The notes below the pieces were generated by a model that had not been told where the DNA came from, did no database searches, and saw only the letters and a list, made by a program, of their open reading frames with translations. A DNA stretch of 64,000 bases from Vulcanimicrobiota bacterium (GTDB lineage Bacteria; Vulcanimicrobiota; Vulcanimicrobiia; Vulcanimicrobiales; Vulcanimicrobiaceae): assembly GCA_963820825.1 (NCBI GenBank), contig CAWGBN010000007.1, positions 128,001 through 192,000 of the forward strand. The letters run 5' to 3'. Numbering within the stretch: position 1 is the stretch's first letter; each line of letters starts with the position of its first letter. Made by a program: the position numbers and the translations under genes. Positions 30,773-41,019 of this stretch are shown in pieces.

Positions 30773-31891
30773 GTGAAGACGTTTCTCAGCGCGCTGTGCG
30801 TAGTTCTGCTAGCCGCCTGCAGCAACCGCGGCCTCGACGGTCCGGCAGCGAACCTCCCATCGTCGTCCTCATCGCTCGGAATCACGCACGCGGTGCAGTC
30901 GCCGCCACCCACCGGCTGGCACTTTCCATATCGCCCCAATCCATTTGTCGTTCCGATCTGCGCATCCGACCCGTGCAAGCCGCAGCTCGATCCCAACTCG
31001 GCGTCGGAAGTCTCCCAGGTAATGGGCGGGTCGTTCTCGATGGGCGAGATCCAAGAAGCCGAACCCGGGACCAACGGCCAGGGACAAGACGATACCGACC
31101 CGGTCTACTATGCGACACGGAGCGATCCAAAGTACACCGTCAACTGTTCGCAATTTGGCGGTTGTGTGTTCCTCAACGGCGTCTCAATCCATATTCCCGA
31201 CGGCGCGCGCGCATCGATCGACAGCGACCATCATGCGACCGTGATAGAGCGCTGGGCGGGAACGGAATACGACTTCTGGGAGTTCAACGATTACGGTACC
31301 GGAAAGGGAACCACGAACCCGGTTTCCGGCGGCGGCACAATCAGTGTCGGGTTCGGCGAGCGGTGCAAGAAAAATTCGCTGCAAAATCAAGGCCGCTGCG
31401 ACGGGAGCGGGAACGAAGCCGCACTCCCCTATCAGCCGGGCCTACTCGACCCGCGCGAGATCGTCGCAGGCAAGATCAAGCATACCTTCTACGTCGGCAC
31501 ACACTGTCCGTCACCGTTATTTTTTTGGCCCGCCGCACAAAGCGGCGGACGCTGCGCGACGGGGCCGGCGGAGGGCGAACGGATCTGGCTTGATTTGACC
31601 GACGCACAGATCGACGCGCTGCCGGACCATCCCTGGGCCAAAACGCTGCTGCATGAAATGCACGACTACGGAATGATGATCGACGATTCCGCCGGTTCCA
31701 GTCCGTGGGTTCCCGAAGGGGTCGATAACGCGACGTTCACGATCGTCGGGCAGAAGCCGGCCTGGGACGCCTTCTTCGCCGAAGTTGAGAAGGAAGGCGA
31801 CGGCGACATAATCGGCTGGGGGGATAACGCCTCGCACCTCCCGATTCCGACAACCGGGATCACGCAAAGCAACATCCATATCATCGAGTAG
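30773..31891 (+). CDS. Hypothetical lipoprotein
   Basis: MKTFLSALCVVLLAAC lipobox; GGAGG RBS. Confidence 0.75.
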   Translation: MKTFLSALCVVLLAACSNRGLDGPAANLPSSSSSLGITHAVQSPPPTGWHFPYRPNPFVVPICASDPCKPQLDPNSASEVSQVMGGSFSMGEIQEAEPGTNGQGQDDTDPVYYATRSDPKYTVNCSQFGGCVFLNGVSIHIPDGARASIDSDHHATVIERWAGTEYDFWEFNDYGTGKGTTNPVSGGGTISVGFGERCKKNSLQNQGRCDGSGNEAALPYQPGLLDPREIVAGKIKHTFYVGTHCPSPLFFWPAAQSGGRCATGPAEGERIWLDLTDAQIDALPDHPWAKTLLHEMHDYGMMIDDSAGSSPWVPEGVDNATFTIVGQKPAWDAFFAEVEKEGDGDIIGWGDNASHLPIPTTGITQSNIHIIE

Positions 31892-32178
31892 CAAACGCGG
31901 CGCCGCTGCGCGCGATCTCGAAGGTGCGCAGCGCGCTGCTCGCACCGCACAAACGGGTATTGCAGGACGTGAGGATTCTTATCCTAGAGGCTTGCGCCGT
32001 CGATCTCCACCAGTGTGCAGGATTCAACAATCGTTAGACCGCAGTGGCCAGCAAGACCGCGAATTCCGCCGCTGGCCTGCGTTATGGGTTTTCTATTTGC
32101 AATCGCGGGCTTAACCTTCCCCAACTACAACTCAGGAGAGAACCTATCGAAGCACGATAGCTAAGGAGAAAATAACGA

Positions 32179-33255
32179 ATGCGTTTCTTAACTGCAGCGC
32201 TGTCTAGCGCAGTCGCTGTCGCACTCCTCTCGAGCTGCTCCGGCGGCTCGACGCAGAGTACGCCGGTGCCGAGCACCATTGGAGCACAGAACCACTTGCG
32301 GAACGGGCATTTCACGCCGCAGTTCTCGAAATTCGCCACTCTCATTCCGGCCGAGGAGCGATCTTGGAGCCCGCAGCGTGTTCTTAGCAGAACCATCGCG
32401 CCAGCGACGCTCACGACGGGAATCTACGGGAGCCAGTTCTTCACCGCCGTCATCAACGGCTATAAGAACAGCGGAGCCGGCCCCATTTGCACCCTCGCCG
32501 CGAGCTATCCCAATGGCATCGCGGTCGACGGCAAAGGAAACCTTATCGATCCTGACGGCGGCTCGCGCACGGTCATCGTCTACAAAGGTCCCGGCATGTG
32601 CGGTTCATCGCTCGGATCGGTCGCCGACCCCTTCGGTCAGCCGTCCGATGCAACGAGCAAAAACGCCAAGACGAGCACGATCGTCGTTGGTAACATTTTC
32701 GATACGAGCGGCGCCGGGAGCGTCTCGTTGTGCACGCTCTCGGGCGGGTGCTCGAACCTAACCAACTCAAACATGTACGAAGTCGCCGGCGTCGCCCAGG
32801 CCCTTAATGGCGATTGCTGGGCCTCGGCTTCAAACTCCGCGGGAACTGCGACGCTGACCTACTTCAAGCGTTGCTCCGGATCGGGCCAGGCCGCGACGGG
32901 TTTTATGAACGCGTATTACGGTGGTCTGGACATCGATAAACACGGCTACCTCGTCTCTATCGATGCGTTCGCCCCGGCGCTGTGGGTCTACAAGGGCTGC
33001 AACCCCACTTGCAAACTGGTCGGCGGACCGTTTGCGCTTCATGGCGACGCGATTTACGGTCGCTTGAACGAGAAGTCGACGCACCTTATTACCGGAGACT
33101 ACGTTAACGGGGCGCTCGACGTCTACAAGTACACCCCGACTCGTCTCACCTACCAGTCCAGCATCACGAACGGCCTTAGTGCAAGCGGCGACGTCGAAGG
33201 CGCGGCTTACAATCCGCGTTCATTGGAGCAGCTTCCAACCCCACCTCCGAGGTAA
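32179..33255 (+). CDS. Secreted NHL/beta-propeller-like lipoprotein
   Basis: AAGGAG RBS; lipobox LSSC; YPNGIAVDGKGNL; paired cysteines. Confidence 0.78.
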   Translation: MRFLTAALSSAVAVALLSSCSGGSTQSTPVPSTIGAQNHLRNGHFTPQFSKFATLIPAEERSWSPQRVLSRTIAPATLTTGIYGSQFFTAVINGYKNSGAGPICTLAASYPNGIAVDGKGNLIDPDGGSRTVIVYKGPGMCGSSLGSVADPFGQPSDATSKNAKTSTIVVGNIFDTSGAGSVSLCTLSGGCSNLTNSNMYEVAGVAQALNGDCWASASNSAGTATLTYFKRCSGSGQAATGFMNAYYGGLDIDKHGYLVSIDAFAPALWVYKGCNPTCKLVGGPFALHGDAIYGRLNEKSTHLITGDYVNGALDVYKYTPTRLTYQSSITNGLSASGDVEGAAYNPRSLEQLPTPPPR

Positions 33256-33275
33256 CGCGCAAGGAAGGTGAGAAA

Positions 33276-33299
33276 CGGGATGGCGAAATCGCCATCCCG
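33276..33299. terminator. 10-bp hairpin between convergent genes
   Basis: CGGGATGGCG-aaat-CGCCATCCCG. Confidence 0.55.
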
Positions 33300-33334
33300 C
33301 CACCTTGCCCACCAGAGATTACGAACCTTGGCGC

Positions 33335-33616
33335 TTAGCCGCTACGCGGCGCGTCGATCGCTTCCATCCACTCCCGAACGTACCATCGATCGACGACGCC
33401 GTTGAGCACGAACGGATCGCCGTTGGCGAATCGCTCGGCCGCGTCGCGCGTTGTAAAGATCGCCAACGCGCCTTCCTTCGGATTCGAAAACGGGCCGACC
33501 ATCAGCAGCGTACCGTCGGCGAGGAAGTCTTGCCAGTGCGCCCGATGCGCGGCCCCGTAGATCGGCGCTTTCGCAAGCACGTCGGGTGACGATTCGTAGA
33601 ACAGAACGTACTTCAC
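33335..33616 (-). CDS. YciI family protein
   Basis: AHRAH, GPF, DPFV..GVV...VREW. Confidence 0.85.
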   Translation of the reverse strand: MKYVLFYESSPDVLAKAPIYGAAHRAHWQDFLADGTLLMVGPFSNPKEGALAIFTTRDAAERFANGDPFVLNGVVDRWYVREWMEAIDAPRSG

Positions 33617-33629
33617 CGGCTGCGCCGCG

Positions 33630-34592
33630 CTACTGTTGCTGCGTGAAGTCCGTCGGAACGCCGAATACGGGGTCGTTCGCAGCGATCGGACGCACGTTCC
33701 CGCGTTCGGTGGAGATCGTCACCGAGTGTCCGCTCTGCGAAAACGTCATCGCATCGAACATCGCGAGCTTGCCGAGCGGAAGCGGCGGACCGCTCTGCTT
33801 GAGGCTGAAGCGCGAACTCATGCCGTGAGCGGCGAGTGCGCGCATAGCGAGCGCGTACTGACCCATCATCGCCATGCCCGCGGCGCCCTCGGCCGGCGGA
33901 CTCTCTCCGCCGCGGGCGCAGTTGAGCGCCGGACTCGCAACGCTCGAGTAATAGGCGAGCAAATTGCCGTTCTGGGTCTCCGACTCGCCCGAAGGCTTCG
34001 TCGTCGTCATGACCAGATCGGAGCGGTATCCCTTCGTGGGCTGACCGTCGACGGTACGCGCGCCGAGCGCGGTGTTGGTCACGGAGAGCGCGATGCGGCT
34101 GCCATCGTCGGAAAACTTCGACGCGCCCGATCCGCCGCCCGAGCCGGAGCTCGACGGCGAGTCCATCGACTCAACCTTGTAGGTCTTATGGCGCATGTCG
34201 AGCGTGGTAATCGTTCGCGCGGCGCAATCGGAGATCGTCGCGGTTAGAAACGCCAACTCATCGATGCGCTCTTTGGTACCGGCAAGATAATGGCGCTGGG
34301 CGGTGCCGGTCTTCATCATCTGCTGCGTGGCTTCGGCCATTGCTTGGGCCCGGTGCATCTGACCGAAGATCCCGCCGCCTCCGCCTTGATCGGGCATCTG
34401 GACCGCGGCCGCGGCGGTGTAGTCGGAACCGAAGTCCCCCGGCTGCACCGACGCCGCGTCGGCATCCATCGAGAACTTCATGACGGTATCCCATGCGAGT
34501 CCATTCGAGGCTGCGGAGGCGGGGATCGGTGCGGCCGCGGGTGCGGCAACGAGCATAGCGAGGGCGGCGACGGCCGCGATATATCGGTGCAT
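33630..34592 (-). CDS. Secreted hypothetical protein
   Basis: Ala-rich signal peptide; ends FGVPTDFT, like the tail of DUF4412-type proteins. Confidence 0.7.
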   Translation of the reverse strand: MHRYIAAVAALAMLVAAPAAAPIPASAASNGLAWDTVMKFSMDADAASVQPGDFGSDYTAAAAVQMPDQGGGGGIFGQMHRAQAMAEATQQMMKTGTAQRHYLAGTKERIDELAFLTATISDCAARTITTLDMRHKTYKVESMDSPSSSGSGGGSGASKFSDDGSRIALSVTNTALGARTVDGQPTKGYRSDLVMTTTKPSGESETQNGNLLAYYSSVASPALNCARGGESPPAEGAAGMAMMGQYALAMRALAAHGMSSRFSLKQSGPPLPLGKLAMFDAMTFSQSGHSVTISTERGNVRPIAANDPVFGVPTDFTQQQ

Positions 34593-34634
34593 GCAGCGCG
34601 ATTCAACGAGCGAGGCTGCGCCGCCCTGCCGCGC

Positions 34635-35264
34635 CTACATGCTCTGCATCTGCCCCATGCTGTTGAGATGATAGGCCGCGGCGAGATCCTTCATCGCCGT
34701 CGTGAGTATGGCGTGATACTGCGCATCGGCCGCGAGTCCGTACTTGGCGTCGATGTCCTTCATCACTTGGATGTGAATCGGATGCGATACGGCGCGGTCG
34801 AGCATCACTTCGACGTTGAAGCCTTCGCCGGTTTGACCGGCCGACCATAACGCGCCGCAAGCGCCTTACCGTCTTTCGGGTTGGGGTCGGGCTGCACTGG
34901 GCAGCGCGACCTTCTTCTCGGTCACGATGCGCAGCGAGTCGTTGACGACGAAATCAAAGGTCTTGAGGAACTGGCCGACCTGGTCCTTACCGTATTCCTT
35001 CGTCAGCTTCGCAACTTCGGCGTCGAAGAGCGGGCCGGTCAAAACCTTGAGCAGCGTGACGGTGCTGAAGTCCTTCGGACCTCCGCCGGCTTCGACCATC
35101 GACAACGTTACCTTCAGCGCGGGTGCACCGGTGTAGACGCAGCACCAGCCCGAGAAACGCGTCGGTTCGCTCACGACGTTGGGCATGAGGGCGGCCGACG
35201 CGATGCCGCTGCCGAGCAATGAGAGGGCGACCGCCAAGGCGGCGGTCAATCGCAGGTTCTTCAT
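34635..35264 (-). CDS. Secreted hypothetical protein, probable SigK target; frameshift near 34890
   Basis: MKNLRLTAAL signal peptide, AAGGA RBS; continues in another frame to ...DRAVSHPIHIQVMKDIDAKYG...YHLNSMGQMQSM-stop. Confidence 0.75.
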
Positions 35265-35310
35265 GATTTCCTTTCCGAGCGGAAGCTCTTGCGAGGTTCA
35301 TCTCGCAAGG

Positions 35311-35337
35311 AAACGGGCGGATCGGGCGTTTGGATTG
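35311..35337 (-). promoter_or_regulatory. Putative ECF (SigK-type) promoter, copy 1
   Basis: CAATCC-N13-GCCCGTTT; same architecture as the copy upstream of the sigma gene. Confidence 0.6.
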
Positions 35338-35348
35338 ACCTGCCGGCG

Positions 35349-36129
35349 CTATAGCTGGGTGACGGCGATCGGGGCGCTGGTCGGCTGCTTGGAGCCGCCC
35401 TCCGGCTCGACGCTAACTGCGACCGCGGCGAACGTCGCTCGGCCGATTCGGGCAAGCGAATGACCGTCGACGCCGCCCGGCGCCGGCCGGAACGTCAATG
35501 AGGGCGCCATCTTCTTCGAGCCCTTGGGAAGCGTCCAGGCCTGATAGACCTTGCCTGGCGGCGGCGCCGGGAGCGCGCGCATCGGCAGGTAGAGGCGCGG
35601 TCCGTGAGCGAGTACGTCGCCGTTTCCGAAGCGATAACGCGAGGCGTTGCTCGCCGTGAATCGGCGATTGTTTGACTCTGCTCGGCATTCTGCCGCGCTG
35701 CCGAGTGTTTTGCTCCGCCTGACGCGCGTTCTGCCGCAACTGCGCGGCGATCTCGTCTGGGCGACTCTGCAACTGGTTGCGCAGCGAGAGGTTGCCGAGC
35801 GTGCGTGACGATGGCGATCGCGAGGCATGCCGCCGCCAGCGCGTAGGCCGGCCACGTGCGCGGGCCGGCTTGGAAGCGGCCTCGGCGCGGACTTGCTTCA
35901 TGATGCGCGCCTTGAGCATCGGGCTGGCAACGTCGGCGCCCTGGACGGATCGGCGCACGATTCGGCCGAGTAGGCCACGGCGGTAACCGCCGGCTGAAGC
36001 AGCTTCGTACTCGGCCGCGGCACGCCTCGCACGTCTGCAAATGCGCGCGACCTCGGCCGCCTCCGCCGGGAAAGCAGCGCCCAAGGCGTACGCCGCGACG
36101 CTATCCAGCAGCTCGTCGTGCGAATTCAT
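35349..36129 (-). CDS. rskA: Anti-sigma-K factor RskA-like, multiple frameshifts
   Basis: HDELLDSVAAYALGA, H..TCEAC (across an indel), LPAPPPGKVYQAW, AVSVEPEGGSKQPT. Confidence 0.85.
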
Positions 36130-36662
36130 ACCGTTACCGCGCCTTCCAAGGCGTTACGAAGCCGGCGCAGCCCGGTGCGCATTCGCGTCTTGACCGTCCC
36201 CAGCGGGAGCCCGGTCTGCCGCGCGATCTGGTCCTGCGTGATTCCGCCGAAGAAACCGAGCTCGATGAGGCTGCGTTGTTCGTCCGGCAACTGCGCGAGC
36301 GCCGTCGCGGACGAGTTCGCCGTCGAGTCGGGCCAAGGCGCGGTCTTCGAGCGCATCGTCGGCGGGAAGCGCTTCGGGCAGGTCGCTCTCCGAGCGCACG
36401 GCACGGCTGCGCAGCACGTCCACGGCGCGGTTGCGCGCAACGCGGGCCAGCCAGCCGGCGAAGTTGCCGCCGCGAAAGAGTTCGGGGCTCGCTCCAGAGC
36501 TTGAGGAACACCGACTTGGGTAACGTCTTCAGCGCCGGCGGGGTCGGCGAGAACGCGCATCGCGAGTCCGTAGACGAGCCGGTGGTATTCGTCATAGAGC
36601 CGCTCGAACGCGCCGGCATCGCGGGCGCGCACGCGCTCCATGAGCCGGCCGGCTTCTTCCAC
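36126..36662 (-). CDS. ECF sigma factor, SigK-like, frameshifted
   Basis: DAGAFERLYD, AEDVTQ, LAQLPDEQRSLIELGFFGG, LPLGTVKTRMRTGL; GTGA overlap with rskA. Confidence 0.88.
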   Translation of the reverse strand: MEEAGRLMERVRARDAGAFERLYDEYHRLVYGLAMRVLADPAGAEDVTQVGVPQALERAPNSFAAATSPAGWPALRATAPWTCCAAVPCARRATCPKRFPPTMRSKTAPWPDSTANSSATALAQLPDEQRSLIELGFFGGITQDQIARQTGLPLGTVKTRMRTGLRRLRNALEGAVTV

Positions 36663-36706
36663 GCGGCCGTCTTTCGCTGAAATTACCTCGGTGCACTTCC
36701 CTCGGT

Positions 36707-36733
36707 AAACGGGCCGCAACGCCGATCAGATTG
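36707..36733 (-). promoter_or_regulatory. Putative autoregulatory ECF promoter, copy 2
   Basis: CAATCT-N13-GCCCGTTT upstream of the sigma gene. Confidence 0.6.
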
Positions 36734-36796
36734 CGCGGCTCCCGGCCGCGCGAGGCTACCCCTGATAACGCGATCGGGACGCCGACGCGCGAGAGT

Positions 36797-37854
36797 TTAG
36801 GCGGGCGATGGCGCGGCAGCACGGCGATGCTAGGCGACCGCGCGGCGCGACGTTCGCGACGAGGGTAAAGCGGTCGTTGAGCGCCATCGAGCCCATTTCC
36901 ATGGCGCCAAAGCTATTGCCGATCGCCGTCTCCATGATCGCCCCGCCAGCATCGCGCCGACGGCGAAGAGCCGACGAACGTCCAGGTGACGCGCGGCGGA
37001 AACGACTTGCGGTAGATTGCGATGAGCGGCAATATCAGCAGAGTCACCGTAAATAAAGCTGGTATTGGCGCCCAGCGGAATGCCGGCGTTGGCCAGAAAG
37101 CGGGCGATCGGGAACGTTTCCCATCGAGCAGACGAATGTCGCCACCGCAATGAGCAATCCGACCACCAGCAATAAGACGTAGCCGACGACCGGCACCGCA
37201 GCCGACGGCGTGCAGCGCGGCCGGCCAGCCAGCCCGTTGGAATCAAGGCCGCAGCGAAGCCGGCGATAAGATAGCCGACGACGAGCTCGGTGCGCAGCAT
37301 CTTCACGTCGGCGATCGCCGTTGCGGCAACCGCCTCCCAATCGCGCCGCTCCGGTTCGTCGCCGTGACAATGATGATGCGACTCCTCGCCGGCCTTCGTA
37401 AGTGCGTCTGCAGAACGCGCCAGCTCCGGTCTCGCCTACGAGCAGAGCGTCAGACCGATCGTCACCACCGCGATGATGATGATGCCACCGAAGAACTCGG
37501 CAAAGGCAAACTGCCATCCGAGCAGCGACCAAAAAAGATGAGGATCGCAAGATTCATGTTCGTCGAAGCAATGAGAAAGCTGAAGACTGCGACGCGGTCG
37601 CCGCCGGACCGGTAGAATCCGCGCGCCGCCGCCGCCGCTCCATACGAACAGGCCGACGAGATTATGCCGAATCCGGCCCCGTAGAGGATGCCTTTGAGCT
37701 CCGGGACCGAGGTATCGCTCCATCGTCGCCGGCGTAAGCATGACCTGCGCGATCGCCGAGATCAGAAAACCAAAAACGAGTCCGAAGAGGCTATCCCAAA
37801 AGAACTGGGCCGCTTGCGCGAGCCCGGCGAGCAGGCCGTGAAGAACGGCTCCAT
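36797..37854 (-). CDS. Putative permease (DUF318/ArsP-like), heavily frameshifted
   Basis: FFWDSLFGLVFGFLISA, SACSYG, WQFAFAEFFGG, ELVVGYLIAG, TFVCSMGNVP; His-rich loop EESHHHCHGD. Confidence 0.75.
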
Positions 37855-38616
37855 TATCCGCCGACCGCAGACGGGCGCGTGCCCGAAGAGCGGCGGAATG
37901 TAGTGTCCGGCCAAGTATGAGATGATGAAGACGCCGCACCCGTAGAGCGCGACTTCGACGACCCTTGCGGATCGGGCTTCGTTCGCTCAAGCGTGCCGGC
38001 GTAGAATCCGACCTGAAGAGATCCGACGACGGCAAAGAGCAGCGCCGGCCACGTCGAGCAACGATCGTTGAGACGGGAAGCATGAACGCAACGATCGGCA
38101 GGAGCGATCCGGCACGCGAACGAGACGCTCATCGCGAGCGGCCGCGCGAAGTCCCGCGATCTTCGGCCTCGCGCGGATCGATGCCGAACTCGTCGCGGAC
38201 CATTTCGTAGAGGTAGATGTCGGGATGTTGCGTCAAGCGCCTGACGATCATCTCGGCTTCCTCGGCGCTGAAACCTTTGAGTTTATAGTAGGCGACCTGC
38301 TCGGTAAACTCGCCCTGCGGATCGTCGGCCATCTCGCGTTTTTCGAGATCGATCGTCGCCTGCACGACCTCGCGCTCGACTTTGCGGCCGAGATACTCAC
38401 CGACGCCCATCGAGAGCGCGCCGGCGACCAGCGCCAAGAAACCGCTGATAAAGACGGCCGACCGATCTCCTTCGGCCACGCCGACGCCGGTGATGATCCC
38501 CAGCGTCGTGAGAATGCCGTCCTGAACGCCGAATACCATCTCGCGAATGCTTCGGCGTTTCTCGAGCGTCCGGCGCTGCTGCGTATCGGGAATTCGCGGG
38601 TGCACTCTGCTGCCAT
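37854..38616 (-). CDS. VIT1/CCC1 family transporter, frameshifted
   Basis: IREMVFGVQDGILTTLG, AGALSMGVGEYL; TAATG overlap with the permease start. Confidence 0.85.
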
Positions 38617-38684
38617 CCGGGAACGTCGACGACGACGTTTTCTACCGGCGGCGTCAGGTTGCGATCGCGTCGTGAAGCTCCGCC

Positions 38685-40175
38685 ATGAAGCTCGGAGCGG
38701 CACTGCTTGGAAGCGCTAGGCGTTCGCGCAAGCTCCTACAATCTGCTCCATGGCCAGACTACTTTCGACGTTGGCCGTGCCGCCGGCCTCACATCCGCGA
38801 CGATTCTCCCCGCGCGTGCCGTAATTGGCCGGTCTTTGGCTTACGACCCCTCGCGCAGCGGCTTCAACTCCGCCGAGCGGACGCTCACGGTCGGAAACGT
38901 GCACCGTCTTGCGCGAGAAGTGGCAGATTTCGCTCGTTCGCCGTTGCCGACTCGACACCGATTCTCGTGCAGCACGTTGGTCGGACGCTTCTATCACACC
39001 CTGCTCTTTCAGACGACGCACAGCGGCGAGACGTCGGAATCGATGCGTGTCGGGAAAGATCATCTGGCATTTTACGACGACGGGCCGAACTATACGCATT
39101 CGACCCCCGTCGCCGATCCGTCCGGGAAGACGATCTTCGTTCCCGGCGTCGATGGAAAGATCCACAAGCGTCGGCGAACAACGGCCACGAGATCGCGGCG
39201 GGCGGATTCCCGGCACGGATCACGCGCATACCGGCCACCGAGACGAACGCGTCGCCGCTCAACTGGCCAACGGCTACGTCTACGCACGTTCTCCGGCTAC
39301 GACGGCGACGGCACGCCGTACGACGGACACGTCGTTGCGGTGAAGCTGAGCACCGGCAATACGACCGTCTTGCAACTCGCTCTGCAGCGAGAAGCACAAG
39401 CTGCTCGACGCTGCGGGATGTAGTCGCAGCGCTCGGGAATCTGGGCGCGCGGCGGTGCGGTCGTCGATCCCGATCCTCGATGAACGGCCGCGTCTACGCT
39501 GCGACCGGCAACGGCGACTTCAATGCGAACTCGGGAGGCCAAAACTATGGTGATTCCGTGGTCGCGCTCAGCGCCGACCTTCTGGATTTACTCGGCAGTT
39601 ACACGCCGACCAACTATCAACAACTCCAAGACGGCGACGTCGACCTCGGCAGCACCTCGCCGACGATTCTGCCGCAGCAACCCAGCAGCCAAACGCCCTG
39701 GATGATGACTGAGGGCGGGAAGGATGCCGTCCTGAAGCTGCTCAATCGGGCGGCGTTGCCCGGCGTCGGCAACGAGCTGCAGCTTTTGGACCTGCCGGGG
39801 CCGCTCTTCTCGACGCCGGCCGTCTGGAGCGACGGCTCGAACAATACGTGGCTCTTTATGGGCTTCTCCGACGTGGTCGAAGCCTATCGCTTGGAGACCA
39901 ACGGCTCGGGACAGAGTCAGATCGTCGGGATTTGGCATGCGAGTCCGGCGCAGACCGGCGGCGAAGGCACCTCACCGGTCGTTGCCAACGGTATCGTCTT
40001 CGTTGCATTCGACAACGCAATCGTCGCGCTCAACGCAGTCAACGGCAGCGTGCTCTGGAACAGCTCGCAGCATCCGAAGTCGATCGGCCCCGTACACTGG
40101 CAGAGCCCGATCGTCGCGAACGGCTGGGTCTACTGCTCGGACCAGAACGGCCACCTAACGGCCTTCTCGATCTGA
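38685..40175 (+). CDS. Secreted PQQ-binding-like beta-propeller protein, many frameshifts
   Basis: WPVFG.YDPSRSGFN, VYAATGNGDF, DVDLGSTSP, SPVVANG, WQSPIVANGWVY. Confidence 0.75.
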   Translation: MKLGAALLGSARRSRKLLQSAPWPDYFRRWPCRRPHIRDDSPRACRNWPVFGLRPLAQRLQLRRADAHGRKRAPSCARSGRFRSFAVADSTPILVQHVGRTLLSHPALSDDAQRRDVGIDACRERSSGILRRRAELYAFDPRRRSVREDDLRSRRRWKDPQASANNGHEIAAGGFPARITRIPATETNASPLNWPTATSTHVLRLRRRRHAVRRTRRCGEAEHRQYDRLATRSAARSTSCSTLRDVVAALGNLGARRCGRRSRSSMNGRVYAATGNGDFNANSGGQNYGDSVVALSADLLDLLGSYTPTNYQQLQDGDVDLGSTSPTILPQQPSSQTPWMMTEGGKDAVLKLLNRAALPGVGNELQLLDLPGPLFSTPAVWSDGSNNTWLFMGFSDVVEAYRLETNGSGQSQIVGIWHASPAQTGGEGTSPVVANGIVFVAFDNAIVALNAVNGSVLWNSSQHPKSIGPVHWQSPIVANGWVYCSDQNGHLTAFSI

Positions 40176-40224
40176 AGTCGGCGCGACTCGCCGTCGCGCA
40201 GCGGCCGCTGCGGCGGATCGTCCG

Positions 40225-41019
40225 CTACCATGCCGGTTCGCCGCGCTCGCGCGCGACGAGATGACGCACCGCCGGGATAAACGGCAAGCCGTCGAGCTCG
40301 CTGCGCCGCTGCGTCAGCTCGCGATCTTGAGTTTCGTCCTCCTGCGCAAAGACCGCTTGCGCAAGCTCCGGCCAGAGCGCGACGCTGCCCGAGATGCAGC
40401 CCGCAACCCCGCGGCGTTTCGCCGCGAGCAGATCGCTCTCGGATCCGGGAAAGACCGCCAAGTCTCGGTGCGCGGCGAGGAGATCGCTTTGGAGCGCGAC
40501 GTCGTTCGAGCTATCTTTCAAGCCCGCGATGATATCGGGAAAGCGCCGGAGCAGCCGTTCGACCAGCGCCGGCCGAAACGCGATGCCGCTCATCCGGGGA
40601 AAGTTGTAGAGCAGCACGCGCCAGCGCGGCGGACTCGTCTGCGCGAACAGCGCCTCGAAGAACTCGGCGACTCCGTCGTCGCTCGCATCGCGAAAGAAGA
40701 ACGGCGGCATGACGAGCGCTGCGGTAAATCCGAGCGCGAATGCGCCCCGGGTGAGCGCGACCGCGTCCGCGAGCGAGGCAGCTCCCGTTCCAACCATGAC
40801 CCGCTCCATCGGCAAGCCGCTCGACGCGACCGCCGCCATGTACTCCAAACGCTGCGACGCGCTAAACGACATCGCTTCGCCCGTGGTTCCGAGCAGATTG
40901 ATTCCGTCGCAACCGCGCGCCAGCAACTCGCGATAATAGGGGATTGCGGCCGGCGCATCGGGCACGAAGTCGCGGTCGACCGGAGTGAGGGCCGCCGCCC
41001 AGATGCCCTGGATCGTCAC
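40225..41019 (-). CDS. Dihydrodipicolinate synthase family aldolase; C-terminus probably truncated by sequence error
   Basis: LGTTGEA, LYNFP, GLKDSS (Schiff-base Lys). Confidence 0.85.
   Translation of the reverse strand: MTIQGIWAAALTPVDRDFVPDAPAAIPYYRELLARGCDGINLLGTTGEAMSFSASQRLEYMAAVASSGLPMERVMVGTGAASLADAVALTRGAFALGFTAALVMPPFFFRDASDDGVAEFFEALFAQTSPPRWRVLLYNFPRMSGIAFRPALVERLLRRFPDIIAGLKDSSNDVALQSDLLAAHRDLAVFPGSESDLLAAKRRGVAGCISGSVALWPELAQAVFAQEDETQDRELTQRRSELDGLPFIPAVRHLVARERGEPAW

Noticed and set aside
8398..40227. Amber (TAG) recoding suggested by the internal TAGs in the CHAD and DapA-like genes
   Set aside because: Many intact genes here end normally at TAG, there is no pyrrolysine machinery, and the DapA case sits in an error-rich patch.
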